The notes below the pieces were generated by a model that saw only the letters and a list, made by a program, of their open reading frames with translations, was not told where the DNA came from and did not search any database. Below, one piece after another: positions 49,501 to 60,396 of a stretch of DNA of 64,000 nt. This DNA comes from Patellaria atrata CBS 101060 (lineage: Eukaryota). Positions within the stretch are counted from its first letter, which is position 1. Every line of letters begins with the position of its first letter. A program made the position numbers and the translations under genes. The DNA lies in assembly GCA_010093705.1 (NCBI GenBank), contig MU006090.1, positions 895,817-959,816 of the forward strand, given 5' to 3'.

Positions 49501-50394
49501 AGTCCTTCCTGAAGAATATCGTGATCGTCCGTCACCCTCCCCAAAAGAAATATTCCTCTTAGGTCTAGGTGCACTGAAATCGTGAATAACATTTCCTCTA
49601 ATCCTCGGATCATAGTCATCTGGTAGGCTCATGGCAGGAACATTCCTGTGCGATACTAGAGATTCCTCGGACAAATTCTCAAGAGCATGGGCATTCCGTC
49701 GTCTCATTAGGAGGGACATAGGATTCAGAAGGTTTAACTTGGTTTTTCCAGACTTTTGAGCGGATGGAATTGAGTAGGACTGCGCGGCTCTAGTCGCATT
49801 AGGCCGTTTATCATTGAGTGCATATCCGCCCTGGAAAGACGAAGTGGTCGGGAGCGAAGTTGTACTACTTGAAAATCCAGTGACAGTGGAAAGGCTTTCC
49901 ATGGATTGTAAGGGGATAGTATTCATATTGTTCACCCTCTGCCCTCGCGTCCGATAACCCGTAGGCTCAGCATCGTGCGGTCTCTTCATTGGCTCGGTAT
50001 AAATGCTGTCTTTAGGAGGAGGAATAGGTGACAATAGAGCCGGAGAGACTACACTTTGACTATCCCTCAACTCATTCGATATCTCACCATCTCGGCTGTA
50101 ATCCCATTGGCTTGATGGTATGGCTAATTTGGTAGAAATAGGGTGAGAATGTTCGATACGGGATGCTATGCGAGGAATTGGAGGCAAGCTCGGAGGAATT
50201 GGTGATATAGGGGACTCAGACGGTGTGTTTGAAGCGTCGCGTATTCGAGGAAAGGAGTTGTATATATCGGGGTCGTTGATGGACCAAGGTGCGTTCGATG
50301 AATGAGAGGAGATTGGAGGCTCCGGAGATGTAGGGTTGGATCCATTTCTTTTATGATGAGGACGTAGATAAGAGAACACATTAGAAGGTGCCAT
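46594..50394 (-). CDS. Large conserved fungal hypothetical protein, mostly disordered and acidic
   Basis: 1266-aa intronless ORF with short conserved-looking islands LNLLNPMSLLMRRR, LPDDYDPRIRG..IHDFSAPRP, EPNLTPITERSEYS and C-terminal WVLERRRT..ELELIGREIVEGGRI. Confidence 0.88.
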   Translation of the reverse strand: MAPSNVFSYLRPHHKRNGSNPTSPEPPISSHSSNAPWSINDPDIYNSFPRIRDASNTPSESPISPIPPSLPPIPRIASRIEHSHPISTKLAIPSSQWDYSRDGEISNELRDSQSVVSPALLSPIPPPKDSIYTEPMKRPHDAEPTGYRTRGQRVNNMNTIPLQSMESLSTVTGFSSSTTSLPTTSSFQGGYALNDKRPNATRAAQSYSIPSAQKSGKTKLNLLNPMSLLMRRRNAHALENLSEESLVSHRNVPAMSLPDDYDPRIRGNVIHDFSAPRPKRNISFGEGDGRSRYSSGRTPNMEEFQRSSSNIDTLDVNCKEKDESPIKIEREHTPIFKENFDHNLGAGETDAAIRAESLANKAFLAKVSLPPPDHSPPPIPALSKNRPLNARMSDPETIHSAPLPPLPNESQLGTQESSQLSPISENDPTPQSSVRKSRASQRSTKTLSRATSGAEWHPAGLPSHLTSKASRFSFQIHGGDSSAQEKLLEERHKQKAAAKAAAATRQSIASLPVEEDEFDEDALYDMDEGGFEGGFDDDDYGADFDDGMHDNSINASTFDDGIRNNSINASTFDDGIPKSNIHDSTFDDGIPKDSIHGTVFENETSDDVITDQPFNNGFAHSTISNSTFEDYGSSHNPESDMSGFNFSMDRTPYVNPLSPIVDSIQTPRDAFGNRIGYAMSNSNPQSPVYDSNVENDTTSPQGLGLSGLTMNSASTEGLSVLPLRFSRQELKQTPDSVTEDILADDDMYFDDGMIEDVNQDYGDHFDESQFDDPSNPLYERPTPVPRDPSSNAQEGNHLEQDNTGDSDSNQVVVAHGPSEGGFNNLEAYHGALADAANKAAADGRFRRHDSISTSIYSTHEDEMDNDGSPSMDSGPSQLPNSTRATSFSPTAFKMVDFADDYGYDDFDALEDDPIIAAANAEALANDDDGFYGQEFGFYASAGQNSEAQFANGGYFGPRGGDLGRSVSGRNAVREPNLTPITERSEYSTRNSYISLHHFGGNNGALPSPGLAQLARMSPYGFDDDDMSLSQLMKLRRGAFGGSNGSLRSAASSPRNSSPIANPQYAARGSSPITRTEYMPQQDATPISRTDSRTGSSFLDEVAEEVDDDDFTTHGVEGRDYISHNSSSRSSSSPPGSPTLGPNDFSFPPSNEATPRPPPRRAFLPHHPLPLQTQNLGLAGEQQEDTDASPVMPPQKLGHIPLAQLTPVSPTRPQGWRTHSRTGSDSVTYVKEQDERGMNRWVLERRRTAETGELELIGREIVEGGRI
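48600..48766. repeat. Coding minisatellite, four 42-bp units (14 aa)
   Basis: CCGTCGTCAAA at 48629, 48671, 48713 and 48755; encodes FDDG-containing repeats. Confidence 0.9.
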
Positions 50395-51288
50395 GATCGT
50401 TTTTAGGGATTGCTGCGCCTTCTAGCTCGTATTCAAAATGTGACTTGAGCTAATCGACCTCCCGCCGTCGCATTAACGCGACCGAGGAGGGAATATTACC
50501 ATTCTTCGCGACAACGCGTTTGGGGAGGTATTGTGAGGGGAACTCGGGATGAAATTATATAATCTAAAAGAGGGAGAAATCAATACGTTTGGTTCGATTA
50601 TTCAAGGTGCATGTGTAGAGCTCAGCACAGCATATGGAGAGTAGACGACGAGATATCATACACACCTCTATCAAACTAGGTAATGTAAGGAATCGATAGG
50701 TTCCAGAGTGAGGTTTTACATAAAGGAATAGATAAGGATGGAATTGAGGATCTAGGAGCACAACAGCATGCAGAGCAAAAAGATGAAGAAAAGATTATCG
50801 TGGGTGTGGTGAACAAGTCGAGAATGTTCGCCATCAGCCCAGGGTGCGCGGGATCCCTTGAGGTGTGAGATGCAATGGAACTGGAAGATGCAGCGCACGA
50901 ACCACCACCCTGAAATAAAAAAAGGTGAGGTGATGTAGCAGCTCGAGGTCAGCCATCCCGCCCACGCCGTCCGTTTATATTCTCTCATGTGCGTGAATCT
51001 CTTGACACAATATTCAACTTCAGATAATGTCTAAAAGGCCATCGAAAAATCAAATCGATTGTCTTATGGTATTGTAATTAATAATGAAAGAGAAAGACCC
51101 AATAGCATTAATTCACAAACCCTTCAGTTGTCATAATGCATACGAAGCACTAGCACATATTCGCCAAAACACCTTGCTGAGCCATAAGACATCAAAGAGA
51201 TTGTACTCGACCGGAACCGAGCATACAATGGTATCAAACCCAATCACCATCACTGACGGGCCAAAATCTCAAATGGAATAGCACCTCA

Positions 51289-53726
51289 TCAATTATCTTT
51301 TTTACCATGATCATCACTACCTGGCGTGGTCGTTCCGCTTTCCAATTCCCAATCACCACTTTCACTCCGTCTTCTCTGCCCACGCTCTCTCATAGCACCT
51401 CGAATCTTTCTGCTTACCTCGTCTACCCCGGATTGGGAGTCGATCGTACTCATTGGTTGTAGACCGAAGCCACCGAACCCTCTTAAATTCGCGCTGGAAT
51501 TCGTCCTACTACGGCTCCTATTAGGAGTGCCCGGGCGAGTAGCGAAGATGCCGACATCACCCAGATTCTTGAACGATTCGTTTCGCGGTAAATCTGAAGA
51601 AGCATGCGTCATGAAACTAGGGCCGTCGGGATGACTGATACCAGGCGACGAAGGCACTGATTCCAGTGAGTATTCGCTGTCTCTGCGAGCCCGACTGCGA
51701 GACGGTGATGGTGGTCCTTGATCGCCCTTGAACGGATCCGCAATAATCCGGGATGCGTCGAAGTCTGGAAACATTTCGGGTCCAAGGGTGTTGATGAGTT
51801 CCGTGACTTGCGTGGCTAGTTCAGCCCGTGTCTTACGCAACTTAACCATGGTGTTGCCAGATGATGGCTTGAGTGAAAGCACGAGAGGCCGGAGTGACTT
51901 AAAAATATCCATCCCGACCTCTCCAAAACGTAGTGCCGCATAAGTGATTAAGGGAAAGACTGCGTAACCAAAAATCACTACTGCAGGGAGGGGTACATAA
52001 TCAGGCATGTAGCCTTGGACCCGATTCTTGTACGTCCAATAGGTAAGAAGGATTGTATAAAAGTTGTATAGTAAAGGTGCCAAAGCCATCGACACAAGCA
52101 ATTTCCAAGTTGCTACGACATCTCGTGCTTGAATCTTGACGCTCGAAGCTGCAAGTGCTTCCCGAGACTTCTTGATGGATATTACCTTCCCAGCAATGAA
52201 AACTGGCGCAAACAAAACGAGGCCGGGTAACACAGCTGCGGAAAGGATTAGTAACTTAGCCGTACGATACAGCAGCGTGAAGACGACTTTGAAGATTGAA
52301 AATTTTGCGTATTCAACTTGGTGATCGCGCACGTTAAGGAGCATTAGTTGCTTATTGTAGTCCAATACGGACTTTTTGAGCGCGATGATTCGATGGTCAT
52401 CCTTATAACGAGTGTATCCCTTTACAAGACGCCTGTTAAGCTCAACAACCATAGGTAAAGGTAGTTTCTTGCCTTTAGGGTTATATAAGCGGCGGACGGC
52501 TTGGATCAACTGAACATGAGGTGTGGTTAGTCTTAACCGAACATCTTAAATTTATGTAGATCACTCACCATGAGAGTATCGTAATCGGGAGCAGTAACTG
52601 TAACCGTAGCGAGAGCATCTTGAACCGTCGCGAGAAGCTCGCTGACAGCCTCACGCCTATTTCCTTCCCGATACGCTTCAACTAGCTCGGGTTTAACCTC
52701 GATTGGGTTGCCAAATTCAATAACAGCTCGGGATCGAAATTTATGGGCATGAAAGTAGTTCATACCAACGGGAATGATTTTCACACCGCAATCTGGGTTC
52801 GCAGCCAAAGCTCCAAGAGCCATTATGGCAAGACCAGCTTGTAATGTCAGCCTTTCGAATCGTATGGTAACATCTTCATGGAATACATACGTTTGAGTGG
52901 TAACAGTTCCGTCCTATCATGACTGCCACCTTCAGGAAAGATTCCAACGCACCCTTCTTGGTTGAGTCTCTCAAACACTGCGTCGTAGACCTTGCTTTGA
53001 TCAACTTTAGGAGCGACTTTGAAGTTTATTCCCTGAAAGCCATCCGCGGGGCCAGTAACGACAGTACCATCTATCTTACCATCTTCATCGATATCTTCCC
53101 GGCCTGTCAGCTGCCTTAATGCTACCGCCCCTTTAAAAGGCTTCTTGAGCTGAAGCTCTTCCGGACCCCTGATTTCCAGTATCTCGGCGTTTGCCGCAGT
53201 GTTATTCACAGATGGTAGAACAACAAGGCCCCCAACCATGAACTCCGAGGACTCGAAATTGGTATCAATACCGCGGATAAGGCAGGGATGATTTACGGGA
53301 TCTGGTAGATATACCTTTCCCTTCGCCGGTTTGGTACTATCTAGAGCACGCCCAACAGCTACAGCTCCTAAAGAGCCCGCAGCCATTCCGACAAACCTTC
53401 TTCTCATGGATTTCTCGGCGATAAGGAATGAGATACGCCTTCGAGATTCGAGGCGCACAACACGCATCAAAATAAGGGGATCGACGAACTAGATTAACCA
53501 TTAGCTGTAGCTCACTTTGTGAGTAAGGACCAGGTCGCACCTGGTTTGCATGTGGTGCTGCAACAAATATGATCGGTCCCTTGCGAGGTATTTTCCAACA
53601 ACTACGTGGATGTATTTCCCGAAAGAAAAGATCAATGGTTATTGACATGATCCATAACAGCAGGTCATAGAGTATATTGTTTATTGACGTGCTATTAAAA
53701 GCCGCCTTATCCTTCTTTGACCCCAT
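51289..53726 (-). CDS. SCT1: Glycerol-3-phosphate/DHAP sn-1 acyltransferase (Sct1/Gpt2 family)
   Basis: Introns 53540-53489, 52890-52838, 52568-52510. Motifs APHANQFVDP, FPEGGSHDR, IIPVGMNYF, ARDVVATWK. Confidence 0.95.
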
Positions 53727-54568
53727 TGTAGTACGTCTTACGCTTCCAAGACTGTATGCTCTAGAAACCTTTGATCTCTGTTTGACAGATAATCGGAATG
53801 AGGATTGGGAATGACGATGGGGGGGCCTGTATGAATATGGAGTAAGCAACGTGATCGTCTCAGTATTTTGTAAAAGAGAAGAAGTATAGAAGCACTTACA
53901 ATCAGGCTCATAAGGATGCGCCGTGCTTTGTTACTCTTCTAATAGTGATGGTTCGTTAGGTAATGCGCTGTTACCTATTGGGACTCTCCCTCCGTATGAC
54001 CGCGGGGTTTCGGCTGTTTCGGTGTCTAGAAACGGTGTGAATGGTTGATAATACTACTTTCTGAGTATCAAAATAGCGTTCCAGCTCCAGGTAGTTGAAA
54101 TAAATTGGAAAAATGAACATATGCGTGGGAGAAAATTGTGGTGGGGTTGAGTATCTCTCGACGTCCGAACGGATGTTGTCTTACGTTCGTCATTTTTTCT
54201 TGGGGCCTGGTGCGAAAAGCTGGAACATACCATCTAGACTGCAGAAATCAAGGAAGGTTCGATCAGTGCAGCTCCATAGAATCTAATAAGGCACTTGGAT
54301 GGTCTTTTAAGAAGGCTGACGTCTAGCAGTTTATTTACTTATTAAGGACATACCTTACGCTGTTCGACAACAGATTGTGGGATCCCAAATATGGGAATAC
54401 AGTAAGGACCCGCTCTCAGTTTGTTGTCGATTCCAAACAGCGATCATCAAGGCCGGTTTGCATCTCGCTAGTACAGTTCTGCAAGGTACTGTAACCAGAT
54501 AGTTCTGCATTAACATGATCTGTTGAATCGTTAGGTTGAACCAACAGTAGAGCTACAACACCCAAGGG

Positions 54569-55240
54569 GCCAAGGTCTCTATGTCGTCACAACCACTCGT
54601 CTTTTAAAATCTTGATACTTCAAGGACGGTCGTTCAACAGGTTACGTTTAACCAGTTCTTGTAAACCTCATGCCAAGTGGAACATGGCACAGATTGTGGC
54701 TTGCTTTTTGACGATAAGACTCCGTAGAAGTGCAATAGTTCTATTGTAACGCCATGCACGGCATCTCGGCTCAGGAAAAATAGTGTACAGGGTACTATAC
54801 ATCCAATTGAGGATATATGCGACGTGATACAGATGGTAGTTTATTAAGAGACAATAGTTGGCTAGCACTGTTGGCCACTACTGTGACTTTTAGTTCTAGC
54901 AAAGCGTATTTTCTGCAATACCTATCAATCTTGAGCTGACAGCAACATCCTGCACGCACCGTAAGCCTCACTATTCCGTACACTAGTACGCAAAAGTATC
55001 TTAAGGTATCTCTTTAACTCGATATTTACCTTAAAGTAGTTCTATTACAATGGAGAAACTTGGCCTGAGCGCTCATCTGGATAGTAGATCTGATCTGAGG
55101 AGCCTCATAGTTCTAATCAAGATCCGCTCTCCACCGGTGCCACCCCTTTCCCATTGCCTCCGCCGATAACGGGGTGATGGGTACGGGGCTCAATGTGTTT
55201 TCCTTGAAGTTGATGTGGCGGAGTGCATTAGATACTTGGC
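54569..55240. promoter_or_regulatory. Four PacC/Rim101-type GCCAAG sites upstream of the ENA ATPase
   Basis: GCCAAG at 54569 and 54672; CTTGGC at 55059 and 55235. Confidence 0.5.
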
Positions 55241-55686
55241 ATGCCTTATGCCGTGAACTTCCAAGGAGCGGAGCGTTTTCTGTATCTTTTGGCTGATCCA
55301 CGTAGACTCCGTTTTCACCAACCGCATATCATCCCCAGTTACTAAAACTTCTCTCGCATGGGCTCTCACGGCTCTCCACGCACTCCACGCTGTCCCAAGA
55401 ACTCGGCAGCGGATCCGATTGCAAGCTATTGAACTCGTCAGTAACTCGTTATACTAGGGAAACAGAAAATCAATACTACGATGGGACTAGATACTTACTC
55501 CCATTCGTTTGTCGGCACGCCTCCGCGTGACTGCCCTGGTTTACAGTATATCTTCCTATGGCCACCCCGCAAATACATTCCTTCTACTTACTACCTACTT
55601 CTCTTCTCAATCACTTCTGTGATACCTTATTGCAACCGCCGCCTTCCTCATAAAAGCCACTCTTTATAATCTTCTATTCAAAGTGA

Positions 55687-58600
55687 ATGGGTATAGAGGA
55701 CTCACAACTAGATGTCGAGGAGACGACTGAACCTCCTATATGTGGCTTTGATGAAAAGCAACATTCGAAATATCCACCGGAGTCTACCCTAAAAAGGGAC
55801 TTCTTACCTTCTCAGGACCCATCAACTGATAAACGATCATCTTCCGTTGTCGGAAGCATCAACTGGGAGGAACAGCATGAATATGCACACACCTTCACCC
55901 CTCAACAGATTGCCGAGACCCTCGAGGTCGATCTCCAGTGAGCGAACATCATATCACATAGTATCCCTTTCAGAGAACTAACTTTTTTTCAGAAATGGAC
56001 TCTCTGCTACCGAAGCAGCATCTCGCTTGGAGCGTGATGGCCCTAACAAGGTTAAGGGCGCTGAGGGCTTATCCTTGTGGAAAATTCTGTTAAGACAGGT
56101 GTCGAACAGTCTCACTCTAGTTTTAGTCATAACCATGGCCTTATCATTTGGCATAAATGACTTCATCGAAGGAGGCGTCATCACCGCTGTCATCGTTCTC
56201 AATGTCGTCGTAGGGTTTTTCCAGGACTTTAAGGCCGAGAAGACTATCATGTCTCTCTATGCACTTTCTGCGCCAGTGTGCAAGGTTATTCGGGAAGGCA
56301 GAATTGAATCTGTCAAAGCGGAAACCCTTGTCGTTGGTGATATCGTCCAACTTGCAGTTGGAGATGTTGTTCCCGCAGACCTTAGGCTCTTTGATGGCAT
56401 GAATCTGTCAACAGATGAAGCCCTACTTACGGGCGAATCTCTACCGATACTAAAAACACCTTTCAACACTTTCACCAGGAGTGACATCCCCATCGGTGAT
56501 CGTACGAATATGGTGTACTCTGCTAGCACTGTCACTCAAGGCCGAGCCAAGGGCATTGTGACAGCTTCTGCTATGCGTACAGAAGTAGGTAAAATTGCAG
56601 CATTACTCCGACGTCAAGGGTCCATACCTGAAGCTTCCACCAAGGCTCGTCGTACCTGGTTCAAATTCAAGCTTGGAATTAAGACAATCCTAGGGTTGGT
56701 TGGCACACCCCTAACGGTGACGCTCAGCAAGTTTGCTCTACTCCTTTTTGCACTCGCGATCACTCTTGCGATCATTGTCTTTTCCACTAGCAAATGGCAT
56801 GTTAGTGGTGAAGTTTTGATCTATGGAATTTGCGTTGCCGTAGCTGTTATCCCCGAGTCCCTTATCGCTGTTCTGACCGTCACCATGGCAGTCGGGACAA
56901 AAGCTATGGTTAAAGGAAATGTCATCGTTCGAAAACTGCAAGCTCTTGAGGCTGTGGGTGGCGTAACGAACATTTGTTCAGATAAGACCGGGACACTCAC
57001 ACAAGGGAAAATGATTGCACGCAAGATTTGGATCCCAGGAAACAGCACCATAACGATACACGAAACGACGAATCCGTTCGACCCGAACAGTGGATTCGTG
57101 AAGATTGACGGCCTAGAGATAGATGAGGACAAATTTGAACACACCCAGCAGCTCAACAAACTACTCTCTGCCATTGCGCTCTGTAATCTGTCAACAGTCC
57201 AGAACAATTCAGACAAGTCAACGATGGACACAAATTCTATTCCCGCAGATTCATGGACAGCAAGCGGCGAACCAACTGAAATCGCGCTTCAGGTTCTCGC
57301 AATGAGGTTCAATTCCGGAAAGACGTCGCTTCTACAAGGAGGACATCGCAACCTTCTTGCGGAATTCCCCTTTGATTCCTCGAAGAAACGTATGTCAGTG
57401 ATATACAGCTCAACGAACCAGAGACAATCAGATGTATTCACCAAGGGGGCTGCCGAAGTGATCTTACCGCTTCTGACAAGCTCCGACGAACAGAAGAATG
57501 AGATTCAGTCTATGGTCGATCAAATGGCGGGTGAAGGCCTGCGAGTACTATGTATTGCTCATAAAGCAATTTCCAAGGATGACACTGCTCAACTGTCAAC
57601 ACGGGATCTAGCTGAGAGCGACCTCGATTTTGTCGGCCTCGTAGGCTTATATGATCCACCCCGTCTTGAGACTGCCGGAGCCGTTAGGAAGTGTCAGATT
57701 GCCGGCATCACTGTTCATATGCTTACGGGTGATCATATTCGCACCGCAACTGCGATCGCCCGTGAAGTAGGAATCCTTAGTCCCACTGCTGCCAACGCGG
57801 CTGATAGTGGAAGCATTATAATGCCAGCTGCAGAGTTTGATAAGCTCACAGATGCGGAGATTGATGCTATTGAGACTTTACCTTTGGTACTTGCTCGCTG
57901 CAGTCCTACTACGAAAGTCCGTATGGTAGAAGCAATGCATCGTCGTAAGGCTTTCTGTGTTATGACTGGCGATGGAGTCAACGATTCCCCTGCTCTCAAG
58001 CGTGCTGACGTTGGTATTGCAATGGGTCTAAATGGTAGTGATGTAGCCAAAGAAGCTGCAGATATGGTCCTGACCGACGATAATTTTGCTTCCATTGTGC
58101 GAGCGGTGGAGGAAGGAAGGCGCCTATTCGACAATATCCAAAAGGTAAGCGTAGTCCACTTATACTTTGATCTGCCAACCTCTAACTGAAGTAGTTCCTC
58201 ATGCATCTGCTTATCTCCAACATATCACAAGTTATTCTGCTTCTTATAGGCCTCGCCTTCAAGGATGCGGATAACCACTCTGTCTTTCCACTTTCGCCCC
58301 TTGAAATTCTCTGGGTGAACCTGATCACATCCTCCTTTCTAGCCCTAGGTTTAGGTCTTGAGGAAGCTCAACCAGACATAATGCTTCGGCCTCCTCACGA
58401 CCTCCGAGTTGGCGTCTTCACTCGGGAACTCATCACGGACAAGATGATCTACGGCTCATTTATGGGATCACTCTGTCTTGTCGCCTTCGTCTCCGTTTCA
58501 TATGGCGCTGGTGGAGGAAACTTGGGAGACGGTTGTAATGAGGGATGGAACGAATTCTGTGGAGTTGTCTTCCGCGCTCGCGCAACTACTTACGCTACGC

Positions 58601-58989
58601 TATCCTGGTTGCTACTGGTGACGGCATGGGAAGTCAAGCATTTCTCGCGTTCGCTCTTCAACCTTGATCCACTGCGCAATTCCGGCCCACTTTCAATATT
58701 CCCAACACTATGGCGCAACCGTTTCCTGTTCTGGGCTGTGGTCGCAGGCTTCACAATCACCTTTCCCGTCGTGTACATCCCGGTGATCAACCGCGCGGTC
58801 TTTAAGCATGGTGCCATCACCTGGGAATGGGGTGTCGTGTGCGGCTGCGTAGTCGTGTATCTTGGACTGGTGGAAAGCTGGAAGGCTATTAAGCGCAGAT
58901 TCGGTATCGGGAGTGGGAAACATAAATTGTTGACTATTGAGGACGCGGAAATGAGGGCTGGGCTTGCACCTCTGGTTATGAAGAGATGA
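55687..58989 (+). CDS. ENA: P-type IID Na+/K+-efflux ATPase (ENA family)
   Basis: Introns 55938-55992 and 58145-58194. Motifs LTGES, VIPESL, CSDKTGTLT, GEPTEIAL, MLTGDH, TGDGVNDSP, WVNLITSS. Confidence 0.95.
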
Positions 58990-59907
58990 ACCGCTTTATC
59001 TCAGGTTCATAAATCGAGCAATGGTATTGCTGGGTAATGCACTCAATTGGTGGTTAGGGGTCGGAATTGTTGTTTCGATTACGTTGCTTCCTAGTGAGTT
59101 GCTACGATACGGTCCTTACCGAAACCAACTGTTTGCATGGGAAAATTTCAAGATAGTAAGGCAGTGATTCAAAATATAAGCTAGTCATCCTCTGATTTCT
59201 ATGAACCATATATCCTCCAGGTGCTGATTTTGTCGATATTCCGAACCTCTGCAATTCAAGTCCCTTATCTACATAACTTCTATCTTGCTTGTTTTTGACT
59301 TAATACTCCACCTTTCATACTTCGTGCTGTTCGAATACCATTTACCTGTGTCATTCCTGCGATTTTGTTTGTGTTTGTCAACACTTCAGTAGTATTTAGT
59401 ATGTAAGAGACCCTCTGCCCGCTCCCTTTGTTCAGATTTCCATCAACACTAAGAAACTTAGGATGCAGTACTATCGTGACAAAGTGTTCTGGACCCTTCA
59501 AAGGAGATGGTCGGAAAGTCTCAACCCCATCATCTGTCAAGGACAATAGGATTACAGGTGACGCCCGTGACTATGCCCAATTACCAGTTCAGTGGGATAG
59601 CCCACCCAGCGCAGGTTTTACTACTGAACTGGCAATCCTCAATTTCACCGATATCGAGCAACCAGTCGTGGCTGACACGTTTGAAGGCAGGCAACTTAGG
59701 TTATTGTCAGCACGTACAATAAAACATTCCAAAGTACGTTACAACCATAGGAAAGAAGAGTATACATAAATCATTGAGCTCGTGCTATGCATCCTGCATA
59801 CGCTATACTGCGTGAAGTGCAAAAGTCAACGCCAGGCGGAGTTTTATCTCATCGAGAGTGCAAACCTTAGGTTCTCGTTTCTAATACCTGTTGCGTCCAG
59901 TCTGCAG

Positions 59908-59909
<2 letters not shown>

Positions 59910-59977
<68 letters not shown>
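59910..59977. repeat. (TG)34 microsatellite
   Basis: Perfect dinucleotide run about 420 bp upstream of the aminotransferase ATG. Confidence 0.98.
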
Positions 59978-59979
<2 letters not shown>

Positions 59980-60396
59980 GAATGGCTACTTTTGACAAGG
60001 TGCGGGATTATTCGGAGCGGTGAGTATGAAGCTGAAGTAGCAACCCAGCTCTGCGCCTTTCCATATTGGTCAGGTACTCTGCTTAACTTCGAATAATCAT
60101 CGACAATGCAGATATGTTTATACTTGTCTCACGACCATGAGATGAAAGTAGTATCCAAGTAACCCAATTCGGCCCGGTTCCGTCACTTTGCAGTTAGGAA
60201 GCTGGTAAAGTTACAAAAGTAAGCTTCTGACGATCCGATCCCGTTATCTTGTTCTTGCGCTGGACGCTGGTGATGTGACCCTGCATCCTAACCTAACGGT
60301 CTGATCCAGTGTCATATAAAGTCATAGGCGCCGCCTCCATATTTTATTTTTCTGGAACTACAATTCTGACAGACAACAGACTGCGGAGCTGTAAAG

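Noticed and set aside
59782..60096. ORF with a VC repeat
   Set aside because: Translation of the TG microsatellite.
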